The notes under the pieces were generated by a model. It was given only the letters and a program-made list of their open reading frames with translations. It made no database searches and was not told the DNA's origin. A stretch of DNA of 64,000 nt, taken from assembly GCA_041389425.1 (NCBI GenBank), contig JAWKRX010000003.1, positions 6,597 to 70,596 on the forward strand. Reading direction: 5' to 3'. Shown in pieces: positions 45,158 through 53,246 of the stretch (position 1 is its first letter; each line of letters opens with the position of its first letter). The translations under genes and the position numbers were made by a program. This stretch comes from Myxococcota bacterium (GTDB lineage: Bacteria > Myxococcota_A > UBA9160 > UBA4427).

Positions 45158-46611
45158 GGCGTGCGTCGACGCCGATCGAAGTAGAAGCCGCCTGCCTCGA
45201 TCCGCGCACGGGGAGCGATGGCGAGCCAGACGACCGTATCGGCGCCTTCCGCCGGAGTGCGCAGGATCGCGCGGGTGGCCCGATGAAAGCGCGGAAGAGC
45301 CTCTGCGACGGCCGGCGTATCGGCCCAGCCCGGATGCATCGAGACACAAAGAGGCCCGCGATCACCGGACTTCGCGATGGCCTCGGCCCAGCGCGCGGCG
45401 AGCACGACCTGCATCCGCTTGGTCTGGGCGTAGGCGAGCACGCCGTCGTAGCGGCGCTCGCGCCACTGCGGATCGGATGGATCGAGTCGCTGGGTGTACA
45501 TGCCGCCGGAGGAGACGAAGACGACCCGCGCGTCGTCCGAGCGCGCGAGCGCAGGGAGCAGCCGACGGGTCAGCACATGCGGGCCGGCCACGTGGGTCGC
45601 GAAGGTCAGCTCGAGACCATCCTCTGTCTGCTCGCGCCGAGCGGGCAGCACGCCCGCATTGTGGACGAGCCAGTCCAGACGCTCTCCCGCGAGTCGATCG
45701 GCGAAGCTCCGGACGTCTTCGAGGCGCGAGAGATCCACCCGCTCGAGCACGATCCGCGGATTGCCCGTCCGGGCGCGGATCGCGTCGCGCGCGGCGAGGC
45801 CGCGCTCTTCGTTCCGGCAGGCGAGGACGACTTCGGCCCCGCGTTCGGCGAGAGCCAGCGCCGCCTCGAAGCCGATGCCCGAGTTCGCACCGGTCACGAC
45901 CGCGCGGCGCCCGGCGAGATCGCGGTCGAGATCCTCCGGCGTGAAGCCGACGGCATGTCGGCGGTAGCCCGTGCGATCGAAGGAGAGCACGATCGTCGGG
46001 TCGAGCACGCGCGAGAGTGCCTCGGCTCCGAGCTGCTCGAGGGGCGAGGGCGCGGAAGCCGGAGGGCAGGGGCGAGCGCCGGGCGCGAGCGCGGCCAGGA
46101 CCCCGTCGATCGGCGCGAGATCGCCCGCGACGCGATCCGCATGCCGGAACATGACGCGGCCATCGCGCCCGACGACGAGGACACCGCCGAGCTGAAACGG
46201 ATCGCCCTGCACGGGACCCTGCCGGAATCCGCCCTGCCAGGCCCGGTAGGCATTCGCGAAGAGGCGCGGCGAGGCGAGCTCTTTGCGGCCCCGTCGGAGG
46301 CCGGCGGCATGATACGAGCGGAGCGTCGGATCGATCAGCACGGCGATCCCGGGATCGAGCGCCAGATCCTCGCGAAAGGCGCGCGCGAAGGATTCGCTGC
46401 CATTGCCGATGATCGCGAGCGATGCGCCCGCGGACCGGATCTCGTTCCATCGGTCACGCAACTGCGTGACTTGCTCCCGGCAGAACAGTCAACCGAAGTG
46501 GCGGAGCCAGGCGAGGACGACCGGACCGTCCTGCCAGAGCGTCTCGAGCACGACCGCTCCGCCCTCGGCCCGTTCGACCTCCATCGATGCGAGGTTTCGA
46601 TCCACCTTCAT
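45052..46611 (-). CDS. Candidate selenoprotein: PRX_like2 (AhpC/TSA-type) domain with a U-x-x-C motif fused to a short-chain dehydrogenase/reductase (in-frame TGA at 46491-46489)
   Basis: ATG at 46611 follows GGAGAGG and overlaps the CFA-synthase stop as ATGA. It opens MKVDRNLASMEVERAEGGAVVLETLWQDGPVVLAWLRHFG-[TGA]-LFCREQVTQLRDRWNEIRSAG..., in frame with the 469-aa ORF 45052..46461. The SDR part has TGANSGIG and YAQTK. The conservative alternative is the SDR-containing ORF alone (45052..46461, TTG start), which I rate at confidence about 0.85. Confidence 0.55.
46453..46470 (-). promoter_or_regulatory. Candidate bacterial SECIS-like hairpin (GUCACGC-AGUU-GCGUGAC)
   Basis: Perfect 7-bp stem with a 4-nt loop containing GU, starting 18 nt after the in-frame UGA. 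The loop lies about 26-29 nt from the UGA. Read directly from the sequence. Confidence 0.5.
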
Positions 46612-47885
46612 GCGGCTTCCTCTCCCAGCGATGCGAACGATCCGAACGCCTCCGCGAGCGAGCCGCGCCGCGCGGCCGCCTGATCGAAGACCAGCTGGGC
46701 GGCGAGGTTCGCGCGCTCGAGAAACGCGCCCTCGCAGTAGGCGAGATAGAAATCCCAGGTCCGGAAGAAGCGCTCGTCCATGCCGAGGGCCGCGATCTCG
46801 CCGCGCCGGGCACGGAATCGCGCACGCCAGCGCCGCAGCGTCTCGGCGTAGTGGGGGGTGATGTCTTCGTAGTCCGAGAGGCGCAGGCGCGTCGAGGCGA
46901 GCGCCTGCGAAATGGCGCCGAGGCCGACCAGCTGGCCGCCGGGAAAGATGTAGCGCTTGATGAAGTCGACGCTGCGGATCGAGGGCTCCCAGGCATGCTC
47001 CGGGACGAGGATCGCCTGGATCGCCATCGTTCCGTCCGGCGCGAGCCGATCGGCGCAGACCTCGAAGAAGCGGGGCAGATGCCGATGCCCGACGGCCTCG
47101 ATCATCTCGATCGACACGAGGCGGTCGTAGCTGCCCGAGAGATCGCGATAGTCCTCGAGCAGCACCTCGACGCGGTCCGCGAGACCCGCCCGCGCCACCC
47201 GCTCGCTCGCGAGGGCGTGCTGCTCGCGGGAGATCGTCGTGGTCCGGACGCGGCAGCCGCGGGTCCGGGCCGCGTGCAGCGCGAAGCCGCCCCAGCCGCT
47301 GCCGATCTCGAGCAGCCGGTGGTCGGCGCGCAGCGCGAGCTTGCGGCAGAGGCGTTCGTACTTCGCCGCCTGCGCGGCCTCGAGCGAGTCTTCGATCCGA
47401 TCGAAGATCGCCGAGGAATAGGTCAGGCTCTCGTCGAGAAAGGTCGCGAAGAATTCGTTGCCGAGGTCGTAGTGGGCCTCGATGTTGCGGCGGCTGCCCG
47501 AGCGGTCGTTGTCGCGCAGGCGATGGAAGAGCCGCAGCCCCGGTCGCATCCAGGCGCTTCCGCGCTCGAGCGCGTCGAAGGCGCCGGCGTTGCGGACGAG
47601 CAGGCGGATCACGGCGACGAGATCGTCCGAGCGCCACCAGCCGTTCATGTAGGCCTCGGCGCCGCCGAGCACGCCGCGGAGCGCGAGGGCGCCGAAGAGC
47701 CGCGCGTCGTCGACGACGACGGTCGCCCGCGGCCCCGGCTGCGCCCCGTGAAAGACGGAGCGGTCCGGTCCGGCCTCGAGCACGAGCTCGCCTTCCCCGA
47801 TCGCCCGCAGCGCGGATTCGACCCGGCCGCGGGCGAGCCGCGCGAGCCAGCCCGGCTGCGTCGCCGCCGTACGCGGCGGCGTCAT
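46608..47885 (-). CDS. Cyclopropane-fatty-acyl-phospholipid-synthase-family SAM-dependent enzyme (long form)
   Basis: 425 aa with NIEAHYDLGNEFF, LLEIGSGWGG and FIKRYIFPGG motifs typical of CFA synthases. Taken from the in-frame tail of a 710-aa ORF. Confidence 0.9.
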   Translation of the reverse strand: MTPPRTAATQPGWLARLARGRVESALRAIGEGELVLEAGPDRSVFHGAQPGPRATVVVDDARLFGALALRGVLGGAEAYMNGWWRSDDLVAVIRLLVRNAGAFDALERGSAWMRPGLRLFHRLRDNDRSGSRRNIEAHYDLGNEFFATFLDESLTYSSAIFDRIEDSLEAAQAAKYERLCRKLALRADHRLLEIGSGWGGFALHAARTRGCRVRTTTISREQHALASERVARAGLADRVEVLLEDYRDLSGSYDRLVSIEMIEAVGHRHLPRFFEVCADRLAPDGTMAIQAILVPEHAWEPSIRSVDFIKRYIFPGGQLVGLGAISQALASTRLRLSDYEDITPHYAETLRRWRARFRARRGEIAALGMDERFFRTWDFYLAYCEGAFLERANLAAQLVFDQAAARRGSLAEAFGSFASLGEEAA

Positions 47886-47896
47886 CACCTCGTCGC

Positions 47897-48655
47897 TCAA
47901 GCCAGGACCTCCGAATGCGGGGCAGCGCCCGGATGGGGATGGAAGCGGGCGCCGCGGCGGTGGAGCCGGAAGGCCTGCCAATAGATCGCGGCGAGCGTCT
48001 GGAGCGAGATCAAGGGAAAGCGCAGCAGCGCGCTCGCGAGGGATGCGCCGTCGATTTCGCGGCGCTCGAGCCGGAGGCGCGCATCGAAGACGCGCTCGCC
48101 GTTTTCGAAGTTCTCGATGCGGGCCTCGAGGGTCCGGCCCGGAGCCTCGAACGTGAAGCGATAGTCGTGATGCATCGGGAGGAAGGGCGAAACGTGGAAG
48201 CATTTGCGGGCGTGCGCCTCGATGCGGCCTTCGACGGCGGGGAGGACGTAGGCATGGCGCTCGTTCCAGGGCGTGTTGCGGACGTCGGCCACGACGGCGT
48301 CGAGGGCGCCGGCGGGCGAGAAGGCGTAGTGGAAGCTCACGGGATTGAAGACGTGGCCGCCCATCCGGGGCTGGGTCAACAGGCGGATCGGTCCCTCGGG
48401 CGTGCGCCCCGTCCGCTCGCGCACCAGCGCGCGCACGGCGGCGTCGAGGGAGACCGACGGATCCCCGAGATGGTCCGCTCGGCGAAAGCCCGCGAGGCGC
48501 CGTCGCTCGGCGCCCCAGAGCCAGCGGCCCGCGAAGACCCGATCGAGCTCGGCGAGATCGAGGTACAGCATGCAGAGGCGCTGGCTGAACCCGTGCTGCG
48601 GCGCGAGCCGCCGGGCGTGGTGGACGCGGCCTTCGTAGAGCGCGCTCGCCATCAT
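47897..48655 (-). CDS. DUF1365-family protein
   Basis: MMASALYEGRVHHARRLAPQHGFSQRLCMLYLDLAELD is the characteristic DUF1365 N-terminus. The ATG overlaps the upstream stop (ATGA at 48652-48655). Confidence 0.88.
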   Translation of the reverse strand: MMASALYEGRVHHARRLAPQHGFSQRLCMLYLDLAELDRVFAGRWLWGAERRRLAGFRRADHLGDPSVSLDAAVRALVRERTGRTPEGPIRLLTQPRMGGHVFNPVSFHYAFSPAGALDAVVADVRNTPWNERHAYVLPAVEGRIEAHARKCFHVSPFLPMHHDYRFTFEAPGRTLEARIENFENGERVFDARLRLERREIDGASLASALLRFPLISLQTLAAIYWQAFRLHRRGARFHPHPGAAPHSEVLA

Positions 48656-49896
48656 CCGGCCGCCTCGATCGAGCGGACCACGCGCAGGGCGCTCTGGATC
48701 CCGTCCTCGTGGAAGCCCCAGCGCCAGTAGGCGCCGGCATAATGGATGCCGCCGACGCCGTCGATCTTCCCGTGCTGGCGCTGGGCGTCGATCGCGTTGC
48801 CGTCGAGGATCGGATGCGCGTAGTCGAATTGCGCGAGGACCTGCTTCGGATCGATGCGCGCGCTGCCGTTCAGCGTGACGAGCAGGGGCAGGGCGGACGG
48901 GATGCCCTGGAGGCGGGAGAGGTCGTAGGTCACGAGCACGCCGCCGGCGCCCGGATCGCGCTGGATCCGGTAGTTCCAGCTCGCCCGGGCGGCGGGTCGG
49001 CGCGGCAGGAGCGATCGGTCGGTGTGCAGGATCGTCTCGTTGCGGCTGAAGCGGATCGCGCCGAGGATGCGGCGCTGGTCGGCGGTCGGAGCCGCGAGCA
49101 GCGAGAGGGCCGCATCCGAATGAACGGCGAGGACGACGCGGTCGAAGACGTGCTCGTGGCCGTGGACGGCGAGCTCGACGCCCCGGGCCGTGGGGCGGAG
49201 CGCGCGGACGGGCGCGCCGAGCTCGATCCTGGCGCGCATGCGGCCGGCGAGCGCATCGACATAGCTCTTCGAGCCGCCGCAGATCGTGCGCCAGCGGACG
49301 CTGCCCGCGCGGCCGAGCAGGCCGTGGTTCTCGAAGAAGCGCAGGAAGCTCGCGGCGGGCATCTCGAGCAGCTCGCCCGGCTCTGCGCTCCAGATCGCGG
49401 CGCCCATCGGCGTCAGGTACCAGTCGCGGAAGGCGTCGGAATAGCCGCCGGAATCGACGAGCTCGCGCAGCGTGCATTTCGGATCGAGGGCCCCGATCGC
49501 GCCGGGCGCCTCGCGGGCGAAGCGGAAGACCTCGCGCAACATCCGGAGGAAGGGGCCGCGGAACGATTGGGGGCGCGTCGCGAAGACGCCTCGCAGGCCG
49601 CGGCTCGACCATTCGAGGCCGCTGTGCTCGCAGGCGAGGCCGAAGCTCATCTCGGCAGGCCGCGTCTCGACGCCGAGCTCCGCGAGCAGGCGGGTCAGCT
49701 CGGGATAGGTCGTCTCGTTGTAGACGATGAAGCCCGTATCGACGGCGTGCGCCGTGCCGTGCACGACGGCTTCGACCGTATTCGCATGGCCCCCGAGACG
49801 CGGCTCGGCCTCGAAGAGCGTGACGTCGTGGCGCCGCCCGAGGCGGTCGGCGCAGACGAGCCCGGCGATGCCGGATCCGACGACGGCGATCTTCAT
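48652..49896 (-). CDS. FAD-dependent amine-oxidase/desaturase-like oxidoreductase (COG2907 type)
   Basis: MKIAVVGSGIAGL...LFEAEPRLGGHANT dinucleotide-binding motif. 414 aa. ATGA overlap with the upstream methyltransferase at 49893-49896. Confidence 0.9.
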   Translation of the reverse strand: MKIAVVGSGIAGLVCADRLGRRHDVTLFEAEPRLGGHANTVEAVVHGTAHAVDTGFIVYNETTYPELTRLLAELGVETRPAEMSFGLACEHSGLEWSSRGLRGVFATRPQSFRGPFLRMLREVFRFAREAPGAIGALDPKCTLRELVDSGGYSDAFRDWYLTPMGAAIWSAEPGELLEMPAASFLRFFENHGLLGRAGSVRWRTICGGSKSYVDALAGRMRARIELGAPVRALRPTARGVELAVHGHEHVFDRVVLAVHSDAALSLLAAPTADQRRILGAIRFSRNETILHTDRSLLPRRPAARASWNYRIQRDPGAGGVLVTYDLSRLQGIPSALPLLVTLNGSARIDPKQVLAQFDYAHPILDGNAIDAQRQHGKIDGVGGIHYAGAYWRWGFHEDGIQSALRVVRSIEAAG

Positions 49897-50933
49897 CGCC
49901 CGCATCCGCGGTGGCCCATCACGACGTGCGAGACCCACCATTCCTGCCCGCCCCGGAAGCCGAACAGCTCCGAGCAGCCGAGAAAGAAGAGCCGCCAGCG
50001 CTGGAGCCAGAGCCGCTCCTCGCCGGCACCGTAGGTGGCGCGCAGGATCGGAAGGATCGCCGGCGTCGCACGGTCGAGGTTGGCGAGCCAGGCATCGCTC
50101 GTGCGCTGGTAGTGGGTTCCGTCGACGGTGTGCCGGCGCAGGACGACGAGATCGTCCTGGAAGGCGAGCAGCCAATCGTCGGAGGGCATCATGCCGCCGG
50201 TGAAGAAATGCCGGCCCATCCAATCGCTCTCGCCCTCGGTCCCGTAGGGATAGGCCGAGCGGCGATGGGCGAAATGATGCACGAAGAGCAGGCCCTTCGG
50301 ATCGAGCCAGCGCGCGATGCGGGCGAGCAGCTCAGCGTGGTTGCGGACGTGCTCGAACATCTCGACGGAGACGATCCGATCGAAGCGCGCGCCGGGATCG
50401 AAGGCATTCACGTCCTCGGTCACGACCTCGAGGTTCGAAATGGAATCCCGCTGCGCGGCGCCGCGGATGAACTCGGCCTGGCTCTTCGAGTTCGAGACGG
50501 CGAGCACGCGGCTCTTCGGATGCCGCTTCGCGTACCAGAGCGAGAAGGAGCCCCAGCCGCAGCCCAGATCGAGCACGCGCTGGCCGTCCTCGAGGCCGGC
50601 GCGGATCGCGACGCGCTCCAGCATTTCGAGCTCGGCCTCGGCGAGCGTTCTCGTCTGCGGCCCCCAGTAGGCGCAGCTGTATTTGCGGTGGGGCCCGAGG
50701 ACCCGTTCGTAGAAGGCGGCCGGGACTTCGTAGTGCTGGCGATTCGCGGCGTCCGTCTCGAGGGCGATCGGCGAACGGCGCGCCTGCGCGAGGAAGGCCT
50801 GATGCTGCTCCATCGCGGCCTCGGCGTCGCCCGCGGCGAGCTCGCGCAGGCGTTCGCGCAGAAGCGCACGGATCCCGATCCGGACGAGTCCGTCGGGCAG
50901 CAATCCACTTTCGGCGAGGGAGATGGCGAACAT
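49893..50933 (-). CDS. CFA-synthase-family SAM-dependent methyltransferase (short form)
   Basis: 346 aa with HYEVPAAFYERVLG, VLDLGCGWGS and SVEMFEHV motifs. Confidence 0.9.
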   Translation of the reverse strand: MFAISLAESGLLPDGLVRIGIRALLRERLRELAAGDAEAAMEQHQAFLAQARRSPIALETDAANRQHYEVPAAFYERVLGPHRKYSCAYWGPQTRTLAEAELEMLERVAIRAGLEDGQRVLDLGCGWGSFSLWYAKRHPKSRVLAVSNSKSQAEFIRGAAQRDSISNLEVVTEDVNAFDPGARFDRIVSVEMFEHVRNHAELLARIARWLDPKGLLFVHHFAHRRSAYPYGTEGESDWMGRHFFTGGMMPSDDWLLAFQDDLVVLRRHTVDGTHYQRTSDAWLANLDRATPAILPILRATYGAGEERLWLQRWRLFFLGCSELFGFRGGQEWWVSHVVMGHRGCGR

Positions 50934-51013
50934 GGTCGAGGTTCCGGACTCCGGGCCGGACCCTCGGTTTCCGATCGGGGCGTGTCAAGCAAACCGCCGC
51001 GCGCGGCGACGAA

Positions 51014-51763
51014 TCAGCGGGACTCGGCCGTGCTCGGCGGGGCGACGGGTACGCTGAGTCCCCGTGGCAGCGATTCGGCGCTTCGGCGATAGCGCAGCTT
51101 CCAGCCGCCGAAGAGCGGGCTCTCGAGGGCGACCCATTCGTCTCCCTCCACGGCGTAGGCGAGGGTGATCGCGAGATCGTCGCCTTCGATCCGATACCGC
51201 TCGACCGGAATCTCGCGCGCGCCGATCTCGACGGTGCCCCGGCCGAGCGAGCGCGTCTGGACGGCGACGTACTCGCCCGTCTGGGAGTTGAGCAGTTTCC
51301 GGCGCTTCAGGATCTCGCGCTTGTCCCAGTAGGCGAAGGTGCCGACGCATTCGTCGATGCGCTGGCTTCCGAGCCGGCTCGCCACGGCGAAGCCGCTCGG
51401 CTCGGCGCGCCCCGAGACGTGATCGGGCTTGCCGTTCTGACGGGTCGTCGACTCGATCGATTGCAGGCAGCCGCCGCGCCACTGCTCGACGTTGCGATGG
51501 TCGTAGGTGATCGTCTTGAGCCGCAGGAGCGTGAATTCGAAGGCGGCGCGGATCTCGACGCGCAGACCGTCGTCGCTCGGCTGCAGATCGAAGCGCTGGT
51601 ATCCGATCGGGCGATCGTCGAGGAAAACGTCGAAGCGCAGCTCGCGCGCGGGCTCGGGGATCGCCGCGGCTCGGGCCGGGAGCACCGCCTGGGCGACCAC
51701 CGCCGCTCCGAACGCCAGAACGAGGAGGCGGCCCGAGGCCGGGTTTCCGAATCGCGACCGCAT
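51014..51763 (-). CDS. Secreted protein of unknown function
   Basis: 249-aa tail of a longer ORF. ATG follows AAGGAG. Signal peptide is GRLLVLAFGAAVVAQAVLPARAAA. The beta-rich composition suggests a barrel or sandwich fold. Confidence 0.7.
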   Translation of the reverse strand: MRSRFGNPASGRLLVLAFGAAVVAQAVLPARAAAIPEPARELRFDVFLDDRPIGYQRFDLQPSDDGLRVEIRAAFEFTLLRLKTITYDHRNVEQWRGGCLQSIESTTRQNGKPDHVSGRAEPSGFAVASRLGSQRIDECVGTFAYWDKREILKRRKLLNSQTGEYVAVQTRSLGRGTVEIGAREIPVERYRIEGDDLAITLAYAVEGDEWVALESPLFGGWKLRYRRSAESLPRGLSVPVAPPSTAESR

Positions 51764-52039
51764 GCTGGCTCCTTCTCTTCTTCCCTGCTCTCTCCATCGG
51801 GCGCCGCCGGCGACTTCGAGAGCCCCGATCGCCGATCCCGTCGGCCGCGATGCGACAAGTTGACGCAGCGGTCGGTTCCCTGGGCTGGGATAGATTCGGC
51901 GGCGCGCGCGCGGCCGATCGGGCGCGGGTGCCCTCGAGAACCGGGTGGAAACCGAGTGGGATGCGAGCGCGAGCCGGAGGAAAGCCGCGTGGGAGACCGG
52001 GTGCAAGATCATGGGCAGGAGCGGACCCGCGGCCGCGCG

Positions 52040-52636
52040 GTGCGCCGGAGCGGGCAGCGGGCAGGGCGCCGATCGCAGGCAGTCCTCCTTCCTCTTTTTC
52101 ATGGCGTGCTGGCCGGCGCCGTTCTCGGCCTGCCGAGCTCGGCCGGGGCCGACACCCTCGCCGGCAATCTCCCGGCGTCCGCGACGGCAGCCCGCCTGCT
52201 CTTCCTCGACTGCTCGGACGACGGTGCCGGCGCGCCGCTCTCGGCGACCGTCCAGGTCCGCGACCTCGCGCCGGTCGCGGCGCCGCTGATCAGTGTTCAG
52301 CTGCGCAAGGGGACGGCCGCGACGAACTCGACGGACGCCGTCGACGGCGACGGCGGCGCGAGTCCGCTGGTCTTCGTGAACGGCGGCTCGGGGCGCTACG
52401 ACGTCTACGTCGACAAGACCGAAGCGGGGGAGGAAGCGTTCGAGGTCGTCGCCCAATGCTGGACGGGCGCAGGCGGAACGGGCGCGGCGACCGGCACCGC
52501 CCTCTCCTCCGCGACGGGCACGCCGGTCCCGCTCGCGACCGGGCCCGGCCTCGCGGCGCTCGCCGCGGGCCTCTTCGAAGTCGCGCGCCGCAAGCTGCGC
52601 CGGGGGCGCCGCGATCAAAGCCCCGTGTCGGCCTAG
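52040..52636 (+). CDS. Small secreted protein with an exosortase-type C-terminal anchor (VPLxx-CTERM-like)
   Basis: The frame was chosen on GC3 and composition. The tentative GTG start gives the signal peptide VRRSGQRAGRRSQAVLLPLFHGVLAGAVLGLPSSAGA. The C-terminus reads TPVPLATGPGLAALAAGLFEVARRKLRRGRR. Start is uncertain. Confidence 0.45.
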   Translation: MRRSGQRAGRRSQAVLLPLFHGVLAGAVLGLPSSAGADTLAGNLPASATAARLLFLDCSDDGAGAPLSATVQVRDLAPVAAPLISVQLRKGTAATNSTDAVDGDGGASPLVFVNGGSGRYDVYVDKTEAGEEAFEVVAQCWTGAGGTGAATGTALSSATGTPVPLATGPGLAALAAGLFEVARRKLRRGRRDQSPVSA

Positions 52637-52679
52637 GCCGCCCGTACCTCGGCCTGGATCGCCCCGCGACCGTCTTCGT

Positions 52680-53246
52680 TCATTGATTCGGCGGGCGCGT
52701 CGCGAGCTTGCGCTGCAGGGTCCGGCGATGCATGCCGAGCTGGCGCGCCGCCTCCGAGACGTTGCCCCCGCAATCGCTGAGCACTCGCTGGATGTGCTCC
52801 CATTCGACGCGATGCAGGCTCGGGACCACCGCTCCCGGCGCGGCGGCGCCGCCGTCGCCGCCGCTGCGCGGCTCGCCCGCCCGGGACGCGAAGGCGAGCA
52901 GGATCTCGTCGGCGTCTGCGGGCTTGGTCAGGTAGTCGATCGCGCCGCGCCGAACGGCCTCGACCGCCGTCGCGATGCTCCCGTAACCCGTCAAGACGAC
53001 GCAGGCGATCGCGGGATCGAAGGCGAGGATCCGGTCGAGCAGATCGATGCCCGAGCCGTCGCCGAGGCGCAGATCGAGGACGGCACGCGCGGGATGGAAG
53101 CGCTTCAGGACCTCCGCCGTCTCCGCGAGCGACGCGGCCCCCTCGACCTGCAGGCCGCGATCGCGAAAGGCGCGGCAGAGGCGAGTGCGATAGGCGTCGT
53201 CGTCGTCGACGACGAGCAGGCGGATGGGATCCTGCTCAGGCGACAT
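52680..53246 (-). CDS. regA: RegA/PrrA/ActR-family redox response regulator
   Basis: REC domain (LLVVDDD...DLRLGDGSG...KP) plus the near-invariant RegA HTH NVSEAARQLGMHRRTLQRKL. Confidence 0.9.
   Translation of the reverse strand: MSPEQDPIRLLVVDDDDAYRTRLCRAFRDRGLQVEGAASLAETAEVLKRFHPARAVLDLRLGDGSGIDLLDRILAFDPAIACVVLTGYGSIATAVEAVRRGAIDYLTKPADADEILLAFASRAGEPRSGGDGGAAAPGAVVPSLHRVEWEHIQRVLSDCGGNVSEAARQLGMHRRTLQRKLATRPPNQ

Noticed and set aside
51945-52289. ATG-initiated 114-aa ORF (frame of 51945) as the gene in the 51.8-52.6 kb region.
   Set aside because: The translation is Arg/Ser/Pro-rich and not protein-like. The alternative frame (52040..52636) has better GC3, a signal peptide and a sorting-signal-like C-terminus, although its start codon remains uncertain.
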